Origin: Candidatus Terrybacteria bacterium RIFCSPHIGHO2_01_FULL_43_35
Lineage (GTDB): Bacteria; Patescibacteriota; Minisyncoccia; Terrybacterales; GWB1-40-14
Assembly: GCA_001822815.1 (NCBI GenBank)
Contig: MHSR01000013.1
Coordinates: 149,093-213,092 of the forward strand
Length of the DNA: 64,000 nucleotides
Reading direction: 5' to 3'
Position 1 is the stretch's first letter. Each line of letters opens with the position of its first letter. Both the position numbers and the translations under genes were made by a program. The notes beneath the pieces are model-generated. The model saw only the letters and a list, made by a program, of their open reading frames with translations, had not been told where the DNA came from and did not search any database. This document shows, piece after piece, positions 38,901-48,774 of the stretch.

Positions 38901-39735
38901 CATGCCAGAGTTGCCGGAAGTTGAAATAACAATGAGAAAGCTTGCGCCCAAGATTTTGAGGCGCAAAATAATTTCTTTCTATAGCGATTGGCCGCGAGGC
39001 TTACATAGTCATTATTCTTTAGATAAATTGTCCAAAGACTTGCGTGGCAGGAAAATACTTCGACTTTCGCGTATCGGCAAAGTTATCTTTCTGCATTTGT
39101 CAGGTCAAAATTCTCCGCGCATAGCCTTTCATCAGCGTATGTCTGGACGCCTGCTTATTTTGGATGACAGCGATTTTACGGTCAACGCTAAACATATCAG
39201 GATAAAACTGGGCTTGTCTGGTAGTAAAATTTTGGCGTTTGTGGATCCGCGCAAATTCGGCATCATGTGGTACGGTTCATCGGAGCATCTGGACAAATAC
39301 AGTTATCTGCAGAAATTAGGGCCGGACGCGTTAAGCTTATCAAAGAAATATTTTTATAACGCATTGAATAATAAAAGAATCGGTATTAAAGCTTTTTTGT
39401 TAAGGCAGGATATTTTGGCCGGCGTGGGCAATATTGTAGCCGATGAAGTTTTGTGGGAGGCAAAAATAAATCCGCAACTCAAGAGTAATTCCTTAAGCAT
39501 TAACCAGAAAAATTCTTTGTTTTTGGCCATTAAAAAAGTATTAAAGCGCAGCATAGCTTTAGGCGGTAGTTCCATGCGCGATTGGGTACACCCTGACCAA
39601 GATAGGGGATCATATCAAGATAATTGGCGGGCTTACGGCCGTGCGGGCAAAAAATGCTTCAGGTGCGGCACAATTTTAAAACGCGCCATTATTGCCGGCA
39701 GGGGTACAGTATTTTGCGTCCATTGCCAGAAATAG
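38884..39735 (+). CDS. mutM: formamidopyrimidine-DNA glycosylase (Fpg/MutM)
   Basis: N-terminal MPELPEVE, H2TH domain, C-terminal zinc finger CFRCGT...CVHCQ. Confidence 0.85.
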   Translation: MHKLNNMPELPEVEITMRKLAPKILRRKIISFYSDWPRGLHSHYSLDKLSKDLRGRKILRLSRIGKVIFLHLSGQNSPRIAFHQRMSGRLLILDDSDFTVNAKHIRIKLGLSGSKILAFVDPRKFGIMWYGSSEHLDKYSYLQKLGPDALSLSKKYFYNALNNKRIGIKAFLLRQDILAGVGNIVADEVLWEAKINPQLKSNSLSINQKNSLFLAIKKVLKRSIALGGSSMRDWVHPDQDRGSYQDNWRAYGRAGKKCFRCGTILKRAIIAGRGTVFCVHCQK

Positions 39736-39779
39736 GATTCAAAGAGCGTGTTATAATAATCAGCAAAGAGGGGAAAGAC

Positions 39780-39974
39780 ATGGAAGGCGACAAAAAATCC
39801 ACTGGAACCGTTTATAATTTCTGTGAATCATGTGATGCTTGTCCTGTTTCTGAAGAGGCCTTAATCGAAAACAATAGCGGTCTAATTCTCCGCGATGATT
39901 TTGGCGGAGAAGTTAAGCTTACCGATAACCAGCTTAAAGACTTCGCGGCATTTTTGGTCAAGCGTTTCAAATAA
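39780..39974 (+). CDS. small hypothetical protein (Cys-containing)
   Basis: ORF downstream of mutM; CESCDACP motif. Confidence 0.3.
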   Translation: MEGDKKSTGTVYNFCESCDACPVSEEALIENNSGLILRDDFGGEVKLTDNQLKDFAAFLVKRFK

Positions 39975-40013
39975 GTACGGTAAACGCGCCATTTTTGTGA
40001 TATAATATAATTT

Positions 40014-42098
40014 ATGGAGAACAATCAACCAATGCCGAGCGCGGCTGCGCCGGAAGGCAAGCTCACGGCCAAAACGCGCGGTATATTCTTTTTTGTAGTA
40101 CTTATTCTTTTCGGCATATTTGCTGTCGGATTGAAGTGGATATTCTCGGTTAGTCCAGGCAACGCGCCTTTTTTCTTATTTGACTACGCCGTCGGCTTGT
40201 CCATGATTTTTTTGCCCTGTACGTTGCCTTTGGCTTTTGTCATTGTTCCCTTGGCAATGGGTAAGGGTTATGCGCGGGGATTAGGCATAGCAATTTCTTT
40301 CGGTATCGGAGTTGCCATAACCTTAAGCTTTTATGGGGCTTTAATTGGGGCATTCGGCCAAGCTTTGGGTGTATCTAAAGTTGAATTAGCCAAAAACATT
40401 CTTTATACAATAGCTGGTTTCATGGCCATATTTTTTGCTTTGGGTGAGATAGGCTTAACCAAATTCCGCATGCCAACATATAGCGGGAAAATTCCCGGTT
40501 TCATTCAACGCAGGCAGGAATTTTTGAAAGCTGGACTTCTTGGATTATTCTTGGGTAATGTCGGTGTAGGTTGTCCGAATCCGTTGTTTAATGCGGTAAT
40601 AATTCCACAAATAATAGCAACGGGCAGCGTATTCCAAGGTTGGCTTATAATGTTTGTTCAGGCCCTGGGACGCTTCACGCCCCTTTTACTTCTTGCCATG
40701 TTGGGCATTTTGGGCGTTAACGCAACCGCGTTTCTTGTAAGCAGGCGGGGAGTCGTTGAGCGCGCGACAGGATGGGCGACGGTTTTTGTGGGTGGTTTTA
40801 TGCTGACATTGGGCTTGTTTACCCACGATTGGTATGTTTATTCGGGCATTCATACGCTTCTTGAACAATTGACACAAGAAGAAACGATCACAAATATTTT
40901 GGGACAGAGGGCCGGACTGCTGGGACACGCGCATACATTTCCTAGCGGTACTGGAATATTGGGGCAACCACTTTCGTGGGGTTCGTGGTTCATGGTGGCA
41001 ATATGGCTGATACCCATATTTTGGTATTGGTTCCTAAAAAAGAAAGACTTCAAAGCGCTTCCAGAAAGCGAAAAAGCAATGCAAGGTAGCGTTTTTAAGT
41101 GGATGACATCTTATTTAATAACGCTTTCTGTTTTGTTGGTCCTTGTTTTCGGATATTTTTTGCCTTATAGATTCAAGAACATGAATATGATGGAGGGGAT
41201 GCACAATGACATGGAAATGAGCGCTGTTCCAGTCATCAAGGCTTTTCTTGCCGCAACCCCCGGACCGCTAGAAGTAAATATTCCAACTCGCTTAGCTTTC
41301 AATTTTCTGGACGACAATGACAAGATTTTAACCGGTATTCAAGCGGGGCACGAAAGCGTAATGCATATTTTCATAGTAAAAGACGATTTCAGCGTCTTTG
41401 CTCATTTACACCCCGAAGATTCTGAACCCATAACACAAGAAATGCTTGATAACGCAGTCTTTGCTGTTAACTATACATTCCCGAGTGAGGGTAATTGGCG
41501 CATTCTTGCGCAGATTGTGCACGAGGATCACGAAATCGTTAAAGACTTCGGCAGCTTTTCGATAGGTAGGCATAGCGGCACAAACACCCTAACCACAGAT
41601 CTTTCCAGGGAAAAATTCTTCGGGCAGAGCGAAGAATATCGCGTGACGATCTCTTCTAATCCGGCAAAAATAATAGCCGGCCAGCCGGTAAAGCTAGATT
41701 ATTATATTGAAAAGGACCGCCAGCCGGTGATGGACATAGTTCCTTATCTTGGAGCGGCCATGCATTTTGCTATCTGGAGCATAGATCAGGAAACCTTTAG
41801 CCACGACCACGGAATGCTTGAAGGTGAAACAACAGACGAGCATCACGGTACTCTACTTAATACCGTTTACGCTCATGGAGAAGTGGAGCCGGCGGCAGAC
41901 GATAATCATTCGGAAACAGATGCCCTTCCCGCCGAATTTGGTCCGGATATCATTCTAAATCACACGTTCCCTTATGCCGGCTACTGGAAGATATTTGGGC
42001 AATTTAAGCGCGGCGACCAGGTTGTCATTACCGATTTTATGGTCCAGGTTTTTCCCAACCCCGTAGATATGAGAGAAGAGAGCACGCACGCGCATTAA
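40014..42098 (+). CDS. CcdA/DsbD-like thiol-disulfide transporter membrane domain fused to duplicated His-rich extracytoplasmic domain
   Basis: TM Cys motifs FLPCTLP and GVGCPNPLF as in DsbD beta-domain/CcdA; C-terminal ~330 aa consists of two ~110-aa repeats rich in His. Confidence 0.6.
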   Translation: MENNQPMPSAAAPEGKLTAKTRGIFFFVVLILFGIFAVGLKWIFSVSPGNAPFFLFDYAVGLSMIFLPCTLPLAFVIVPLAMGKGYARGLGIAISFGIGVAITLSFYGALIGAFGQALGVSKVELAKNILYTIAGFMAIFFALGEIGLTKFRMPTYSGKIPGFIQRRQEFLKAGLLGLFLGNVGVGCPNPLFNAVIIPQIIATGSVFQGWLIMFVQALGRFTPLLLLAMLGILGVNATAFLVSRRGVVERATGWATVFVGGFMLTLGLFTHDWYVYSGIHTLLEQLTQEETITNILGQRAGLLGHAHTFPSGTGILGQPLSWGSWFMVAIWLIPIFWYWFLKKKDFKALPESEKAMQGSVFKWMTSYLITLSVLLVLVFGYFLPYRFKNMNMMEGMHNDMEMSAVPVIKAFLAATPGPLEVNIPTRLAFNFLDDNDKILTGIQAGHESVMHIFIVKDDFSVFAHLHPEDSEPITQEMLDNAVFAVNYTFPSEGNWRILAQIVHEDHEIVKDFGSFSIGRHSGTNTLTTDLSREKFFGQSEEYRVTISSNPAKIIAGQPVKLDYYIEKDRQPVMDIVPYLGAAMHFAIWSIDQETFSHDHGMLEGETTDEHHGTLLNTVYAHGEVEPAADDNHSETDALPAEFGPDIILNHTFPYAGYWKIFGQFKRGDQVVITDFMVQVFPNPVDMREESTHAH

Positions 42099-42108
42099 AG
42101 ATAATAGA

Positions 42109-42143
42109 AAATACCCAGCCCTAACTTTTAGGGCTGGGTATTT
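42109..42143. terminator. bidirectional terminator between convergent genes
   Basis: aaatacccagccctaacttttagggctgggtattt. Confidence 0.6.
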
Positions 42144-42154
42144 AGTTTGGCAAT

Positions 42155-42376
42155 TTAATTCGCTGCTGGTTTTGCCGTGTAACCGACCTCTTCTACCGCC
42201 TTAACAATAGCTTCGGCCTTTATTTTTTCGTCATCATATTCAAATTCGCCAACCTTTTTATCATAATCCACAAAGGCGTTTTTTACACCGTCAGTATTGG
42301 ATAAATACATTTGTATACCGGCGGCGCACGCACCGCAATGCATGCCGCCAATATCGAACTTTTGTTTAATAATTGC
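42155..42376 (-). CDS. copZ: copper chaperone CopZ (HMA domain)
   Basis: GMHCGACAAGI metal-binding motif; ORF track extends further 5' but HMA domain starts at Met 42376. Confidence 0.8.
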   Translation of the reverse strand, partial: AIIKQKFDIGGMHCGACAAGIQMYLSNTDGVKNAFVDYDKKVGEFEYDDEKIKAEAIVKAVEEVGYTAKPAAN

Positions 42377-42606
42377 CATATTATTTATTTTGAATGATTT
42401 TGATTTTATCTCCGCATGCATTGCGGAGAGGGAGGGTCGGGGAAGAGCATCTTCCCCGTGTAGGCCATTCGGCTCTGAGAGCCTCAGGCTCGAATGAGAA
42501 AATATTAAAAACCGCGGGTTTTTAAGGAGGAACGAGCTTGCGAGTGACGACAGCAAGGCATTCCTCCGATGTCAAATTTTTGTTTTACTATAGCCATATA
42601 TTTATT

Positions 42607-43138
42607 TTAAGCCCTTCTTAGTTTAAGAGCAATAACAAAGCCGCTTATTGAGCCAATGGCGGTTGCGACAGTTAGCCACAGCGGGGGGGGTATTTCCGCG
42701 GTTGGTTTTGGCACCGCCCTTACGCTTGTTAGAAAACCAGCGTTGTGTTCTTTTCCGTCCGGAGTTTTAAATATTATATGTATGTCGTATATGCCGGTCT
42801 CGATGAATTGATAGCTGAATTCTGCCAAGCCTTCATTTAAAACAATATTATCATTTTGGAATATTGGGCCTCCATCGGGGAGAGATTTTACCTCAAAGGC
42901 TTCTATTTCTATCCTTGCAACTGGTATATCGGTAAGATAAGCGCGAGTTTGTGGGTTCAGAAATGCAAGTATGAACCCAACCTGCTCGCTTTCTAAAGGA
43001 GATAAAGGAACTGCTGATAAGGTAACCTAAAATTCCGTCCACGTACCTTTCCCAAACGCCATTCGCTAAGATAAAACCGGGAAATAAAGCAAAGGCAACT
43101 ATTAAAACGGCATATGTCGTTATGCTTCGTACGGACAT
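42607..43138 (-). pseudogene. possible frameshifted gene for membrane-anchored small periplasmic protein (two ORF pieces 42893-43138 and 42607-42828)
   Basis: N-terminal TM piece and a second frame that reads open upstream well beyond its TTG start, suggesting one interrupted reading frame. Confidence 0.3.
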
Positions 43139-43149
43139 TATATTTTGGC

Positions 43150-43359
43150 CTATTTTTTCTTAAGCTTGAGCCAAATGAAGTATCCTCCAGCTCCAGCGAT
43201 AGCCGCGCCAAAAATACCTACTGCGACTGGGTTTACGGAACCAGCCCTTTTTTCAAGAGTTTCAGGCTCCTCGTGAGACTGGTCGCTTTCATGTGCCATA
43301 CCAATAAGAGGAGCCGTGCTCAAGAATGCTAACGTAAGTAAAGATAATATGTAGCGCAT
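43150..43359 (-). CDS. small secreted/membrane-anchored His-rich protein
   Basis: signal peptide, HESDQSHEE, C-terminal TM helix; adjacent to copA. Confidence 0.35.
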   Translation of the reverse strand: MRYILSLLTLAFLSTAPLIGMAHESDQSHEEPETLEKRAGSVNPVAVGIFGAAIAGAGGYFIWLKLKKK

Positions 43360-43376
43360 GCTTTTGTATCAATATT

Positions 43377-45824
43377 TTAACTCTTCATCTCTGTTCGAGC
43401 AAACGCCGGTTCCCTATAACGCTTAAGAAGCAGGGAATTGGCCACCACCGAAACCGAAGAGAAGGCCATGGCAAAACCAGCTATTTCTGGCCGCAAAGCA
43501 GTTTGCGAGAAAGTTAAGAAGAAAGATCCCAGCCAATTGCCGGCCGCGGGTATATTGCCAAGCCATTGAGAGAAGGTCATTACCCATGCGGCGGGCTCAA
43601 CGATAGTTCCTGTTGAGTGTGTTGTGATCAAAATATGCATGCCGCTTGCCACAGGTATCGCCACGATATTATAAACAAAAGCCCAGAAGAAATTTTCCCA
43701 AATCTTGCGCACTGTTTTTCTGGAAAGATCTATGGCCGTGACAACATCACGAAGATCATCTTTAATCAGAATTATCTCTCCGGTTTCAACGGCCACGTCC
43801 GTTCCAGAACCCACCGCGATTCCTAAATTTGATTTTGCTAAAGCCGGCGCATCGTTAATGCCGTCTCCGACCATGGCTACATTTTTACCTTGTTTTTGAA
43901 GATCGGTAATCAATCCCTCTTTGTTTTGCGGAAGAACCTTTGCAAAATATTTGTCTATGCCTAACTCTTTTGATATGGCCTGAGCGGTTTTTTCATTGTC
44001 GCCGGTTATCATTATTATCTCCTTTTTCATTTTCTTAAGCTCGGCGATGGCCTCTTTGGCAAAAGGCTTAAGCGTGTCGGCAATCCCCAAAATACCTATA
44101 AGTTTGTTGTCATAGACCACATATACTACGGTTTTTGCTTCGTTTTGTAGCCTGTCAGAATCTGCAACTTGAGCGGTAATGCCGATACCATTTTCTGTCA
44201 TAAAGGTATCATTGCCTACCAGCAGTATTTTGGCTTCAACCATTGCACTAATACCTTTTCCTGAAACAGCTTTAAAGTTTTCAACTGCGGGCAATATCTG
44301 TTCTTTTGCAGCCTTAACAACGGCTTTTGCAAGAGGGTGCTCCGAACCCTTTTCTGCCGCGGCAGCAAGACGGATAAGCTCATCTTTTGAGATATTCTCA
44401 CCGACAGGAATGATGTCGGTAACGTCAGGCTCACCCTTGGTTAGCGTGCCGGTTTTATCAAAAGCTACAGCAGTAATTTTATGCGCTTTCTCTAAAGCTT
44501 CGGCTCCCTTGATTAAAATTCCCGACTCGGCTCCTCTTGCGGTACCGACCATAAGAGCTGTCGGTGTCGCAAGACCAAGGGCGCATGGACAGGAAACCAC
44601 CAAAACCGCAATTGCAAAGAGTAAAGACGGCGTGGCTGTGTATCCTTGCACGAAATACCAAAACGCAAAAGTGATTATCGAAAAAACAATGACTGCCGGT
44701 ACAAAACGCTCCGAAATTTTATCGGCCACGTCTTGTATGGGTGCGCGTGTAGCTTGTGCTTGTTCAACGAGGCGCACTATTTGATAAAGAAGAGTATCTT
44801 TGCCCACCTTAGAGGCTTTGCAGGTCAATAATCCATAACTGTTTACCGTTGCGCCTATTACTTCATCCCCAGCTTTTTTATTGACCGGCATTGATTCTCC
44901 GGTAACAACTTTTTCATCAATAGCCGATTCTCCAGATAAGATAATACCGTCGGTTGGAACTTTGCTGCCGGGTTTTACAATAAACGTATCATCAACCCTT
45001 AAATCATCTAAGGATATTTCCAATTCTTTACCATCGCGTACCACAACCGCTTTTTCGGGAGCAAGTTTAAGCAGCTTACGCACCGCTTCTGATACCCGTC
45101 CGCGCGATAACGCTTCAAAGTATCTTCCAAGAATAATAAACGACATTAAGGCCGCGGTGGATTCCCAGAAAGGATGGTCAAATCCTTGCCAAAAACGATT
45201 TAGAAAATCGATATCGGAGAATATAAAACCAAAGAATGACATAAAATAAGCCGCGCTGGTGCCCAAAACAACCAAAACATCCATTGAAGACGAACCGACC
45301 CGTATTGCGGTGAAGGCGTTTCTGTAAAAAGGCCAACCGACAACAAATTGTATAGGAGTCGTCATTATCCAATATATCCAGTTTAAATCAAACAAAGTTC
45401 CCCCAGCGCAACCGTTTTCTCCGCCAAACAAGCCACCGCCTCCGAAACATAGTGCGTGTATATGCGTAAGATTAAGCATATGAACCGCCATGTAGTATCC
45501 AATAATGGGGGAGGCGAGAGTAAATGACATTATCACTCTGTTTCGTAGTGAGCGTATATTCTTTTTTTGTTGTTTTTCTGCCTCCTCCTCCTCATCTACC
45601 CCTTCTTTTGGTAAAATAAGTGTATAGCCAATTTTTTTAAGTAGCTCTTCTATATAGTTTAATTTCACTTTTTCGGAGTCGTATTCTAGGGCAAGTCTTT
45701 CAGTGCCGTAATTTGCTGAAGCCGAAATTACTCCTGGCACTCGTCCCAGAGTCTTGTTGATAAGCACCGAACAAGACGCGCAGTGCATCCCCTGGACCTT
45801 GTAGTATATGTGTTCCGTAGCCAT
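43377..45824 (-). CDS. copA: copper-translocating P1B-type ATPase
   Basis: N-terminal HMA (GMHCASC), CPC motif (VVSCPCALGLATP), DKTGT, GDGINDAP. Confidence 0.9.
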   Translation of the reverse strand: MATEHIYYKVQGMHCASCSVLINKTLGRVPGVISASANYGTERLALEYDSEKVKLNYIEELLKKIGYTLILPKEGVDEEEEAEKQQKKNIRSLRNRVIMSFTLASPIIGYYMAVHMLNLTHIHALCFGGGGLFGGENGCAGGTLFDLNWIYWIMTTPIQFVVGWPFYRNAFTAIRVGSSSMDVLVVLGTSAAYFMSFFGFIFSDIDFLNRFWQGFDHPFWESTAALMSFIILGRYFEALSRGRVSEAVRKLLKLAPEKAVVVRDGKELEISLDDLRVDDTFIVKPGSKVPTDGIILSGESAIDEKVVTGESMPVNKKAGDEVIGATVNSYGLLTCKASKVGKDTLLYQIVRLVEQAQATRAPIQDVADKISERFVPAVIVFSIITFAFWYFVQGYTATPSLLFAIAVLVVSCPCALGLATPTALMVGTARGAESGILIKGAEALEKAHKITAVAFDKTGTLTKGEPDVTDIIPVGENISKDELIRLAAAAEKGSEHPLAKAVVKAAKEQILPAVENFKAVSGKGISAMVEAKILLVGNDTFMTENGIGITAQVADSDRLQNEAKTVVYVVYDNKLIGILGIADTLKPFAKEAIAELKKMKKEIIMITGDNEKTAQAISKELGIDKYFAKVLPQNKEGLITDLQKQGKNVAMVGDGINDAPALAKSNLGIAVGSGTDVAVETGEIILIKDDLRDVVTAIDLSRKTVRKIWENFFWAFVYNIVAIPVASGMHILITTHSTGTIVEPAAWVMTFSQWLGNIPAAGNWLGSFFLTFSQTALRPEIAGFAMAFSSVSVVANSLLLKRYREPAFARTEMKS

Positions 45825-45875
45825 AAAATAAAATTTTTAATAAGCAATTAAACTTAAATATTATTTGTTATTGAA

Positions 45876-46283
45876 ATGAATAAATTCAAGTTAATGTTAA
45901 TATTCGGAATCTTTTTGCTGTCTAACGGATTCATTTACCAAAAATTTTATCGTCCGGCAGAAATAGCGCCAATTAAAGAGAGCAATAAACCGCCCGTAGT
46001 TGTTGAAATGAGATCAGATGAGAATAAATGGCATTTTAATCCCGATCGCGTCGAGGTAACGGCTGGAGACAGGGTTATATTAAAGATTTATAACGAAGAC
46101 TCCTATGATCACGGCTGGGCCACAGAAGCTTTGGGTATAAACAAACGCCTTTTCCCCAAAAAAGAAACCGAAATAGAATTTGTTGCATCAAAAATTGGAG
46201 AATTTCCCTTCTATTGTTCCGTACCCTGCGGTGAAGGACACTACAGACAAAAAGGAGTATTGATTGTCAAACCACAGGATTAA
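45876..46283 (+). CDS. cupredoxin-like domain protein (putative copper-binding)
   Basis: signal peptide; HGW...FYCSVPCGEGHYRQKG resembles cupredoxin ligand arrangement. Confidence 0.5.
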   Translation: MNKFKLMLIFGIFLLSNGFIYQKFYRPAEIAPIKESNKPPVVVEMRSDENKWHFNPDRVEVTAGDRVILKIYNEDSYDHGWATEALGINKRLFPKKETEIEFVASKIGEFPFYCSVPCGEGHYRQKGVLIVKPQD

Positions 46284-46284
46284 T

Positions 46285-46725
46285 TCATTGGTTAATTTGT
46301 GCTTTTTTCTTTTTTTTCTCGAACCAGGCATCTAAACTTAAGGGCCCAGCACCTTGAACCCACAGCGATATAAGGCCGCCGATCAAACCAAGATCACGAT
46401 TTAACGTAGGGTCTTGGCTGAAACCATATTTGGAAACTAATCCACCCAAAAAAAGCATAACAAGCATAGCGGCGCCAAGGCCCGTCCATCTTATGAATGC
46501 GCCGCTGAATAAAGAAATAGCTATTATAATTTCCATTACGCCCAAGATGTAATTCAATGCCGCGGCACCTCCTATTTTAAGATTTAAAAGGATTTGTATT
46601 TCAGCCCGACCTTGTTCTGGGCTACCTAATTTTTGCACGGCAAATAACATAAACACCACGCCTATTCCCAAGCGCAAAAATATTGGTGCGTAAGGCAATA
46701 ATTTTCCTCTAATTTTATCCAACAT
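46285..46725 (-). CDS. DoxX-family membrane protein
   Basis: 4 TM, DoxX-like N-terminal LRLGIGVVF motif. Confidence 0.65.
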   Translation of the reverse strand: MLDKIRGKLLPYAPIFLRLGIGVVFMLFAVQKLGSPEQGRAEIQILLNLKIGGAAALNYILGVMEIIIAISLFSGAFIRWTGLGAAMLVMLFLGGLVSKYGFSQDPTLNRDLGLIGGLISLWVQGAGPLSLDAWFEKKKKKAQINQ

Positions 46726-46727
46726 GT

Positions 46728-47006
46728 TTATTTCCAGGTGAGTTCCCGCAGTTTTTTAATAAGTTCATCGCGGTTCACTCCGCCGGTAGAAAAAAGTTCT
46801 CCGTTAACGATAATTCCCGGTGCTGAAAATATGCCGAAATCAACAACCATTTTCTGCCCTTCCGGCGTTGTCGCATCTATTTTTTCCATACTCACATCGG
46901 GGAATTCCTTTTGTATATCGGGCCAAATCTTGTCAAACTGGGCACAGGCGACGCACCCCGGTACGGAAACATCTTTGAGCACTATACTTTGGCCAGCTTC
47001 ATTCAT
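46728..47006 (-). CDS. thioredoxin-fold protein (glutaredoxin-like, CVAC active site)
   Basis: PGCVACAQF CxxC and thioredoxin-like topology. Confidence 0.65.
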   Translation of the reverse strand: MNEAGQSIVLKDVSVPGCVACAQFDKIWPDIQKEFPDVSMEKIDATTPEGQKMVVDFGIFSAPGIIVNGELFSTGGVNRDELIKKLRELTWK

Positions 47007-47091
47007 ATCTAATCAGTATAACATGTTTTAAGGCATTTGTTGTTTGTGGATAATACGGTTAAAATATTGGCATAAGATAGAATTTTAAATC

Positions 47092-48675
47092 ATGACAGCG
47101 TTTTTCTCTAAAAATCAAGCGCCTAAACCCAGGTATGGGGGCCAATTTTCAATTGAGCTTGTGGGATTTATCGCGAGTATTCCCGAAGCAAAACAAGCCT
47201 TTCCTGGTATTGAACAGGAAGCCAAGGCGGTTTCTGCAATGACCAACATAAAAGAACGAGAAGTTGTTGCGGCTGAATTATATACTAAAATAGAAGCTTT
47301 TTTGGTTTCAAATTATTCATTTAAATATACCGCGAATAGTTTACGTGATGAGATAAGGAAAAAATATCATCCCGAAAGGATGGGCGAAGGAGCCGCGCTT
47401 ATTTTTGTGAATGCGGATATGCGCGCGGTCGCTCTGTTTAGGATATTCGAAAACGCATTGGTTTTTAGGGCGCAACAAGCCTATGGCCGTGATACTTTTG
47501 TGGCATTGATGCGCGATAGGTTTGCCGATCAGCATTTTGCAGCGGCTTACATTAAGAATGGAGAGATGTCTTGGCAGGAGACCACCGATTTATTAGTAAA
47601 CGTGCCGCAGGGCGAGCAGAAACTACGGGCGCAAGAATTTTTTTCACACTTCAACACTTTTTTGATGAATATGCTGCGAGATAAAATTCAGGATGCCAGG
47701 ACCCAGCTTGTGTTGCAGGATTTATACCGTAATTTAAAACGCGAATACAGGTTTTTAGATGATTTTCCTATAATACTCTCTATTATTACTGATCAGAATA
47801 TACTGCGTGACGAACGCGTGGGCATGCTCAGCAGAACGGAGCTTGCTGAACAGTCGCGCATGCAGACAAAAAAAATAGAAGAAACCCTTGCCGAACTGCA
47901 GCACGAAAAGGAACAGCTAGTAACGGCTTTGCGAGACCTTGAGATATCGCAAGAAAAACTTCGAGCCTTGGATAGAGCCAAAGGACAGTTTATCGACGTG
48001 GTTTCTCATCAGTTCAGAACGCCGCTTTCTACGATACGTTGGAGCTCAGAACTTCTGCGAGAGAATTTTGGCGAAAAAATAGGCAAGGACGGAAAGACAT
48101 ATTTGGATAACGTGCGGCACAAGTCAATGTTTCTAATTAACATACTTAATGATATTTTTGATGTTTTATCGGTTGAGGGCGAGATGCTTAATCTTCAGAA
48201 GAAACCCACTCAATTGTGGGAGATTATTGAGGATAAAATAAGAATGATGGAAGCCGAAGCCGCTCAGCATAACGTAAAACTAGTCTTTGAAAAATCAACC
48301 AATGCTTTGAAAGAAGTTATGCTGGATCAATCAATCATGCAAAGGGCTCTTGAAATTTTAATACGCAACGCAATAAATTATAGTCATGATGGCGGACAAG
48401 TTATCATAAAGATGGGCGAGGAAATGATTGACAATAATAATTATGTTTGGGCCGAAATAAGCGATAGTGGTATAGGAATATCGTCTGAAGATCTACCTAA
48501 AATATTTACTAAGTTTTTCAGGGCGTCAAACGCCATCCAAAAGGTACCAGATGGTGCCGGTCTCGGGCTTTATATAGTTCGAAATATAATTGAGCAACAT
48601 GGTGGTAGGGTGGCGGTAACCTCTGAATTGAACAAGGGTTTTACTTTCCGTTTTTATATCCCAGACAAGATATAA
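47092..48675 (+). CDS. cytoplasmic sensor histidine kinase with uncharacterised N-terminal domain
   Basis: H-box VSHQFRTPLSTI, HATPase_c G-boxes; no TM helices; no adjacent response regulator. Confidence 0.8.
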   Translation: MTAFFSKNQAPKPRYGGQFSIELVGFIASIPEAKQAFPGIEQEAKAVSAMTNIKEREVVAAELYTKIEAFLVSNYSFKYTANSLRDEIRKKYHPERMGEGAALIFVNADMRAVALFRIFENALVFRAQQAYGRDTFVALMRDRFADQHFAAAYIKNGEMSWQETTDLLVNVPQGEQKLRAQEFFSHFNTFLMNMLRDKIQDARTQLVLQDLYRNLKREYRFLDDFPIILSIITDQNILRDERVGMLSRTELAEQSRMQTKKIEETLAELQHEKEQLVTALRDLEISQEKLRALDRAKGQFIDVVSHQFRTPLSTIRWSSELLRENFGEKIGKDGKTYLDNVRHKSMFLINILNDIFDVLSVEGEMLNLQKKPTQLWEIIEDKIRMMEAEAAQHNVKLVFEKSTNALKEVMLDQSIMQRALEILIRNAINYSHDGGQVIIKMGEEMIDNNNYVWAEISDSGIGISSEDLPKIFTKFFRASNAIQKVPDGAGLGLYIVRNIIEQHGGRVAVTSELNKGFTFRFYIPDKI

Positions 48676-48774
48676 TGTTGATGCGCAGTGTAGTTCGCAG
48701 TGCATATGTTGCGCGACACCTTTGTTTTTGTTAAAGAGGAATAAAATTAGGAGGAACCTTTAAAATGACGGATT

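Noticed and set aside
43617-45249. ORFs antisense to or within copA (e.g. 44179-44784, 44881-45249) and within hppA (4189-4428, 4928-5311, 5755-6036)
   Set aside because: They are embedded in strongly supported P-type ATPase and H+-PPase genes and show low-complexity antisense translations.
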